64,000 nt of DNA, taken from assembly GCA_964057225.1 (NCBI GenBank), contig OZ059899.1, positions 8,184,001-8,248,000 on the forward strand. The letters are read 5' to 3'. A program made the translations under genes and the position numbers. The notes beneath the pieces were generated by a model, which was not told where the DNA came from, made no database searches, and worked only from the letters and a program-made list of their open reading frames with translations. Below, one piece after another: positions 55,801-64,000 of this stretch (its first letter is position 1; every line of letters begins with the position of its first letter). The stretch is from Auanema rhodensis. Lineage: Eukaryota > Animalia > Nematoda.

Positions 55801-58800
55801 TGATTTCATATATTGTTTTTATTATTAAGAATCAATCAGCTGTAGGATATACTGTAGCACAGTATGGCGATCCATCTGTTCGTCATTTCGGAGACACATT
55901 AGAGAAAAAGCCAGCTACTTCATCATCTCAATTGCCTCATTCTGCTACTGTTTTTGAGGTAAAACATTAATTTTTACTGAAAAAATAAAAATTGTTTCAT
56001 TAATTTAGAAGTCAGATATTGTTGATAACAAGCCACCAATTCAGAGAGAACCAAGTCCTCCTGCTCCAACGTCTCTGCCTCCACGTGAAAATGATCTTGA
56101 CCGATTTAGGTTAGTTTGAAGTTTCCTAACTATATAAATTTTGAAAATATTATAGATCCCCAAGTCCACCACCAGATTATGATAATCGTCCATCAAGTAC
56201 AACATACAAGGTAGTTTTGTTTCTTTTCATCTTTTTTTTATATTTTTCTCTTAATTCTTCGTTCAATTAATTGCTAATGTGATCAAATTATTTATCATGC
56301 TTCAACAAGTCATTGGTTTCAATTTATTTCATTTGTAACATTTCTATTTCTTTTCATTCAAAATCATAAAAAAAAAAACTTTTTTTTAAACGTTTTAAAC
56401 GTTTTATATTTCTTTTTAAATTTTAGAAATACGAACCCCAATATTTCGAGTCATCAACAAAAACTACTACTTCCATGAATATACCACCTCAACAATGGCA
56501 ACAACAAGAAACTGAAAGGTATTTATAATAATTTCTAAATAAATAATATTTTCATATAATTAATAATAATAATAATATATGTGTATAAGTATATAAAGAC
56601 ATGTATTCAACAAATATTTCTTGGAAATATGGAATATGAAATGTGATTGTAATGTACAGTAAATGAACAGGATTCTGATTGTTTTGATCGGCAACGTCAA
56701 TGACTATAGCATGACACTATACTTATATGACAATGTGTCTGTCAATCTAATTCAGTTTATTATATAAGATTCTAGATAACTATGATCTTTTTTATTTTTT
56801 TAATAAACAAATTTTTTTTACAGACAATACGAAGAAGTTACTCCTCGGCCGGCTGATTTAAAGACGACTAAAGACGATATGCCATATCGTACTCATAGCA
56901 CTACACAAGTTCCTAATCTTTCAATTCTGAAGAAGGAAGAGCCTGCTAGCCCTGGGTTCCTTCGTACACAATCTGAAGTAAATACTTCTTCTTTATAATA
57001 ACTAAATATTATAATATTTATAGTTAATTAATGCTGCAGCAGTTAATGAACCATCTTTACATCGTACAGAAGAACGAGAGCTCATCTATGATATGCCACC
57101 ATCTACGTAAGTTATTTACTGATTTAAGCTTCTGTTAATGACTATAACTATATACATATAAATGAATAATTTTAGCGATGATGAAAGAGAAAAAATTGGA
57201 AAACTGAGTGATGATATGCACCCAGTTAAACCTAATTTCCAAAGACGTCCTATTCATGAGTATGTATTTGTAATAGAAATTATACTTATTTTTGTATTTT
57301 AGTCAATCTGTTGAAATTGATGAGCCATTGGATGAAGATATCAACGATCCTATTGAAGTAGCTGAATCTCAAACCCAAGTTCAAACATTAGAGCCTGTTA
57401 ATGAGCTTCCTCAATCACCAGCTCCATCTGCTCCAACAACTCCAGCTACTACACCAAAACTTTCAGCCAAATTCAAGAAGGTAGTTCAAAGAGTATCTGA
57501 TATTTACTTTTAAAATTTGATTCAGGAAGGCAAAGATACCAAACCATTTGATTTTGGTAAAAGTAAATTCACGTCCAAGCATGAAGTCATCAAGAGAGGT
57601 AAAGATGTTGAAGTAAAACTTGAAAACTTGAAACTTGGCAAAGAAGATGTGCTGAGAGTTGTTGTTATGGGTATGTCTATTAATAGATTCACGTTTTTAT
57701 TTTTCAATTCAATTTATAATATTTTAGCTCCAATTCGTCCAAGTGATGGAATTAATGAACCTCATGAAGTTGAGACTAAAGTCAAAAAGAGTGGAAGTAA
57801 ATATGAAATATGTTTCAAGCCAACGGATGTAGGAACTCATAAGGTTAACTATATATATTATTTTAATATAATTTATAATTGTTATTACAGGTTTTTGCAT
57901 ATGTTAATGAAATTTCTCATCCATCATCACCTTTTGCTATTCGAGTCTATGATGCTTCACAGATTATGGTTGGTGAAATTCCTGCTCAATCTCGTCTTAA
58001 TGATACAGTTGAATTCACTGGTAATGGAACTACAGTATAGAATTTTATTTTTATTTTGAATTACAGTTGATGCTGGACGTGCTGGATTCGGTAATCTAGA
58101 AATGGCTATTAAAGATTCTGATGGAGTTATAATTCCATCGCATGTTACTCAACTTGAAACTGGATCAGCCAAGTTTTTAGTAACATTTACTCCAGCTACC
58201 AAAGGACAATATACTGTTAACATAACATTTAACAAAGAAATATTAAAAAGTAAAAATAATTTTAATATTATATATTATATGAATGAAATATTTTAGATTC
58301 TCCATTTGAAGTTCAAATAGTAGAGAATGTTCAACCAATTGAAACTGCTATAGTTGGTGCTGCTGCTACAGCAAGTCCACAATCTCCACAGCTCACTAAG
58401 AAAGAATTGAAAAAAGAAAAAGAAGAAAAGAAACGCGAGGAGAAAGAGAGAGCCAAAAGAGAAAAAGAAGAAAAGGCTACTTCCAAAGCAAAAAAAGTTA
58501 GTTTTCAACAATATTTTTTGTTTTCTTTTCCCAGAAATATACTATGCCATGCGTTCAGAGCAAAGGTCGAAGCATATCTAAAACTGCTGTTACTAAGATA
58601 CCATCACTTTCTCGTGTACAACAACCATCAACAATCCACGTAGAAGTAGCTGGATCTGAGGAGCTTGCAGTTACCGTTATCGGTTAGAATCCAATTATTT
58701 TACCTGTTTTGTCCTATGTTTTGTGTATTATTTCATGTTTTATTATTATTATTTTTTGTTTTAATTCTGTTTATATTTAAAATTTTCAGACAAACAGTTA

Positions 58801-61800
58801 AGTTTAAAATATTTTATTTTGTCCCCTGTTATACGTCCGAGAGTGAGAGAGTTTGTAATTAGAAATGTTTATGTTGTTTCTTAAAATTCTTATATCACTA
58901 TTATTCAATTTAGATAACAAGAAACGAGAATTGCCAACGGAAATCTCTGAATTAGAACCGGGTGTTATGCAAGTTAACTTTGTTCCTGTCGATGTTGGAG
59001 ATCATGAGATTCATGTCAAGTATGGTGGAACTCCAGTCAATAGTAGTCCATTCACTTGTCGTGCTTATGATCCCACAATGATCCGAGTTGGAACTATTCC
59101 AAAAGGACTTGTTGATAAGCCAGTTTATTTCACAGGTTTTTGAGCTATATTTTGCTGTAACGTATATTATTTGTATTATAGTTGATGCATCCGAAGCAGG
59201 GGTTGGAAACTTGGAAGTTGCTGTTAACGAAGGTCGTGTGCCATCTATGGCTCATGCTCTTGGACAACATAAATATGATATATCGTTTGTACCTAAGGAC
59301 AATACGGATCATACAATTACTGTTCGTTTCAACAATGAACCTGTTCCTGGTATGATTAAGCTAGAAGCTAGCTTTGAACATGTTCATTATTCTAGGCTCG
59401 CCATTTACTTGTCGAATGATGGCTTCACCTCAAGCCACTGCATCTGGTCCAGGTCTCGAACGTATTGCCGTTGATGAAGAAACTCATTTTGTGCTTCAAG
59501 CTAATGGTATTAAACTTCCCAGAACTACCCTTACTCAGCATTCTTTCATAATTCAGGACCAACAGAAACATCTCCAGAAGTCCGTGTTCGCGATTCTCAA
59601 GGAAATGACTTACCAGTCAAAGCTAATACCAACAAGATGGATCCATCTCTTACTGTTGTTAACTTTACTCCAAAATGTGTTGGAAATCATCAGGTGAGTA
59701 TTGATATTGAATATATGTCAAACAGTGATTTTTCAGATTGACGTATCATTGGATAGCGAACCAATTGCTGGATCACCTTTCACAGCTAAGGCTTATGATG
59801 CTCGACAAGCTCGTCTCAGTCCATGTGATCGTGCATTTGTTGGAAAACCAACTACCTTTACTATTGGTATATCATATTAATTGTCATTTATTTTATAAAT
59901 GATTATATAATCAGATGCTGCAAGAGCTGGAGCTGGAAATATGGAAATCATTGTTTCTGTTGACAATCGTAATGTTCCAAATTACGTTCAATCCGAGGGT
60001 CAAGCCAAGTTCAAGGTTTCTTTCACTCCACAAGAACCACGAGATCATATAATTAGTGTAAAGTTCAATGGAGTTAGTGTACCAGGTGAGTATAAATAAA
60101 GTTTTTTCTGTTTTTAATTTTACATATTAATCAATTATTTGATCATTAACTATTTTTCAATACAGGATCACCTATGACTTGTCCTGTCGATTCTTCAGCT
60201 GGGCCACAGAGCGGTAATAATACTCCTGTTCTTGCTACTGCTACTCATACCTCTTCCGCCGCTGCTGCTCCAAATCAAAAACGCGAAAAGCTTGGTCTTG
60301 GAAAAGAACTTGCTGGTGCTCAGGTATACTCAGATAAATACATGAAACATCCAACACAATATAACCCAGGTTGGACAGAAAAAAGGATTTACTATCGCAA
60401 ATTCTGGAGGACGCGCAAAGGATTGCAATGTTATCATCATAGGTAACAAATTTTTATATACAAGCATCGTTTTTGGGTTTTTTGAAATATTACTTTTGGT
60501 TTCCTTGTCTTTGAATATTCCTGGGTTTCTTTGGTTTTCTTTTCCAACTTTATGATCTCCACTATCTGCATGTCCTGTGTTTTTGGGTCTTAACGTCAAA
60601 TGAAATTTCAAATCGAAGAAAAAAGATAATTCGTTTGAAAATGTCTTTCGTTTGGTCTTTGTTATGTGTTTGACTATTTGACCCCACCTTAGCTCCTGAT
60701 GGATCAGAACTTCCTGCACAAGTTGAATCATTGAATGAATCATATTTCATTAGTTTCATACCGCGTATGAAAGGTAAGATAAAGATTTATTAAGTGATAA
60801 ACTATTTGTTGTGTTCAAGGTAAACATGAATTGAAAATACAATTAGATGGTGAGGAGCTTCATTCAGAACCAGTAGTATTTTTGGTTCGTGAAGCTCCAT
60901 TGCGACTTCCACCTGTGTGTATAATTGGAAAAAAATACAGCTTTGATGGTAATTTATAGTTAAAATAGTTTAATATTTTTGTTTATTTAAAGTTGAATCT
61001 GTTGATAAAGAAGAATTGCAAGTTGATATTCGTGATTCTGAAGGCAAATCACAGCCCGTACTTCTTGAAGAATTAACAGAATCTAAAGGCATTCGGGCTA
61101 GTTGCCGTTTCAAACAGGTGAATACATCTGATAATGATTTCAGTTTACTGATTTTTCCATTTTTAGATTGGTGTTCATACAATTGCTTGTTATATTAATA
61201 ACGAACTCATACATGATATTCGATATCAGAAAGTAATTGATCCTATCAATGCTGTTCAATTGATTTCCGAACTACCAAAGCAAGTAGTTGGCTTTCCTTC
61301 GGAGCACAAACTACTTATTGAATCTGGATTAGAATCTGATGTTACAGTAGAAATTGAAGGGCCAGATCGGAATATTATTAAATCCTCTCTAAACAAAGTA
61401 TCCGAAACTTTATGGGCTATTTCATGGACACCAACGGTTTGTTTTAAGTTTTATCATATTTTTTAAAATTTATTTGTTTCCAGGTTGAAGGACAACATGA
61501 ATTATCAATATTAGTTGCTTCAAATCATATATCCGGTTCACCATTCCCTTTATCCGTACTAGATCCAAGTGCAGTGCGTGTAATTGGTTTGCGTGGAGAT
61601 CGAGTTGGAACCGAAATTCAATTCAATGGTTTACATTAATACTATTATTTCAAATTATTAATTATTATTATAGTTGATTATGCATTATCTGGTGGACAAT
61701 CGGCATCTGTTGATGTTCGTTTTGGAAATAAGACAGTTGAATGTATTGTAAAAAAAGTAAAACCAGGATTACTAGTTTGCTCTTTTGTTCCGCAAAAGCA

Positions 61801-64000
61801 AGGCTTACATACAGTTGATATAACTATAGATGGTCTTCTATTACCAGGTTGATATAAAATATTTTATATCTGAAACTAACTTTATTATTTATCATAGATT
61901 GTCCATTAGAATGTTTTGTATCCGATGCTGGTGCTGTTCGAGCATCAGGAGATGCATTACGGCGAGCTCAACGAGGACGAGTTGCACGTTTTGAAGTATC
62001 CTTAAACGATGCAAATCGTGGAGAACTCGATGTCCTCGTATCTGGTAAGAATCAGCAAAAGCTTTACAAGCAAAACCCTGAATTTATAACCATAACATTG
62101 ATAAAAAAAAATATATATATATAATTAACGTTTTCAAAATTAAACAAAATAATAAAATAAAATTTAATCTAATATTTTAGGTATTTCAGATATCATGCAT
62201 GTTTCCCTCTCCCATATCTTTAATATTTATGTTATACTCTTTTCAATTTAGCATGTATTCCATTTCCTATTCCTTATTTACATGTTTATTTTTAATTTTC
62301 TGCTTTTATAAATTAACTATCATACATGCTTTGAACATATTTTTTCAGATCCAAAAGGTGGCCCAGTTCCTGTTCGATGTTATAAACAACAAGATGATAG
62401 TTATTGGGTTGAATTCACTCCAGAGCAAACTGGAACACATACGATTGAAGTTACATTTGGAGATGTTGCTGTATCTGGATCACCCTTCCGTTGTGAAGTT
62501 GTGGATCCAAAGCAAGTTGTTGTCCGTGGAGTACCTGACAGCATTGTACTTCGTCATGCTACCACTTTTAATGGTAAAACAATCGCTGCAATGTCTCATT
62601 TTCACATTGTTATTCAGTTAATCGTGGTGAAGCTGGAACTGGCGATTTGCTAGTTGATGTCACTGATCCATCAGGAACTCCATTGAAGTTAGATTTATTA
62701 AAATCTCCTGGAGGGGAAGAACGATACACCTTCTTGCCTAATCAAACTGGTCCGCATAAGATAAACTTACGTATGTCTGGGTTCCAAGTTCCAGGTGAGT
62801 AGTTTTAATAAATAAATTTTTATATGAAATATTCAGGTTATCCACAAACTGTTAATGTTGGAGAACAAGAATTACCAACCGTCTATGGTGCAGCTATTGA
62901 TCAATCCATCAAGATCAATGAGCCAGCTAGTTTGATATTCGATCCTAAAAGTATGCACGGAGGTCTCAAAATATACGTTAATGGTCCACAAAATACTAAA
63001 ATCCATCACAACGTTATGCGTCGTCCAAACGGAACATCAGAAATCGTTTTCTATCCGGAAGAAGTTGGAATCCACAAAGTCAATATTGATTTCAACAACA
63101 AGCCTTTGAAAGGTTTCTTTAAAAATTGATTACCTAGTTCATGAAATAAATTGCAGGTAGTCCTTTCTCTGTTCAAGTAGTTGATCCATCTAAAGTTATC
63201 GTCAATGATTTGGACATGGATCGGGATGGATGTCTGCTTTTGCGATTGGGTCACAACAACATGTTTGACGTGGATGCTACGGCAGCCGGACCCGGTAAGT
63301 ATAATTTGATGAAATAGTTAAATACATAAATGTTTATCAATCAACTTGAATAGTATAAATTCATTCAGGCAAACTTCGTGCCGAAGTTCGAGATGCGGAC
63401 AACGTTTTGTTACGCGACGGTCCGGAAGTCGACGATCTCGGATACGGCAAGTATCGTGTAGCCTTCTCTCCACGTCAACCCGGACGGTATGAAAGCATCA
63501 TGTTCATGATTACAATTATAACTTTATGTTTTAGATATTCCATTTTCTTGTTCTGGAATGAATTACCAGTAGACGGAGCATATCCAGTTCGTGCTCGTTC
63601 CGGAAATGATGAATTACCCTCAACATCAAAACATACAGTGGCTCATACTCAACAAGTTGTGTCACATGGGCCATCTGGATCGACTGGAGCATCATCGTCA
63701 TCGCCTATCACCCATAAAAGGTAAACTGATTATTGAGATCATAGATTAATCTCTAAGAGAATTTAAAAATAAATAAAAGTTAATGTTCTCCTTTTCAGAG
63801 ACAAATCTAATTCATCTGCTGTTATGACTGCTTCTGCTGCTTCTAATAAGGTTTGTTGTACTTTCTTATTTTTCTAATTTATATTTGTTTAGGTTATGCA
63901 AGAGCCTAGCAATACACCAGCTGATTTGATCAATGTTGATGCCTCAACTCTGAAAATAGGAATAATCGGCGAAGAATTGAAAACTTTGATTGATACAAGA
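38459..64000 (+). CDS. fln-2: Filamin FLN-2-like (three CH domains + many Ig-filamin repeats + S/P/R-rich spacer); 3' end beyond the window
   Basis: CH1 WVDIQLNTFSNWINEQ..DLADGVLLIRLVETL..DIVEGNTKLILGLIWCLV; CH2 NFRTSWNDGRALSALL; CH3 DFDMSWSDGYLLALLV. Repeated filamin motifs (VDAVEAGKGQLEISV, DAGRAGFGNLEM, DASEAGVGNLEV, GSPF). Three CH domains distinguish FLN-2 from FLN-1. Confidence 0.92.
40101..40183 (+). tRNA. tRNA-Tyr (anticodon GTA) with a 10-nt intron (40138-40147), nested sense in an fln-2 intron
   Basis: CCGTCGA..TCGACGG-A acceptor stem, A box TAGCTCAGTTGG, anticodon arm AGGA-CT-GTA-G, B box GGTTCGAATCC, and a T6 Pol III terminator at 40187-40192. Confidence 0.97.
45977..46098 (+). 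repeat. (GA)n microsatellite merging into a G-rich polypurine tract (fln-2 intron)
   Basis: About 120 nt almost entirely purine, with an internal GAGAGATTGAGAGAGAG..C duplication and GGG runs. Confidence 0.9.
47972..48023. repeat. (CT)n microsatellite (fln-2 intron)
   Basis: Read directly; preceded by a tandem GTCTCTAGTTAT x2. Confidence 0.95.
49830..49868. repeat. (TA)n microsatellite (fln-2 intron)
   Basis: Read directly. Confidence 0.95.

Overview
AT-rich eukaryotic DNA from a nematode (Rhabditina/clade V-like): about 45-nt GT-AG introns and ATGs placed just after trans-splice-type acceptors. The ORF track therefore shows only exon fragments, and I assembled the genes by hand. In order: a GPCPD1-like glycerophosphocholine phosphodiesterase (+), xbx-2/dylt-2 Tctex1 light chain with a perfect X-box (+), nhr-48 (-), a USP20/33 deubiquitinase (-), CDC7 kinase (-), rpl-28 (+), a Trk-family receptor tyrosine kinase (+), a long-tailed CENP-A/hcp-3-like histone (-), and the 5' part of the three-CH-domain filamin fln-2 (+, runs off the window), which has an intron-containing tRNA-Tyr in one intron. 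The most notable observations are: (1) the rpl-28/trk-1 junction, where the receptor ATG lies 52 nt after the ribosomal protein stop and an acceptor sits upstream of the likely poly(A) signal; (2) a structured rpl-28 intron with a cryptic donor, a premature stop and a 14-mer shared by both introns, suggesting splicing/NMD autoregulation; (3) an unannotated, hairpin-rich, apparently spliced + strand transcript between trk-1 and CENP-A; (4) a stop-containing microexon and an alternative N-terminus in fln-2; (5) CENP-A, CDC7 and RPL28 lying among genes whose C. elegans orthologues I recall as X-linked. Exon boundaries are manual, and no searches or folding programs were run.
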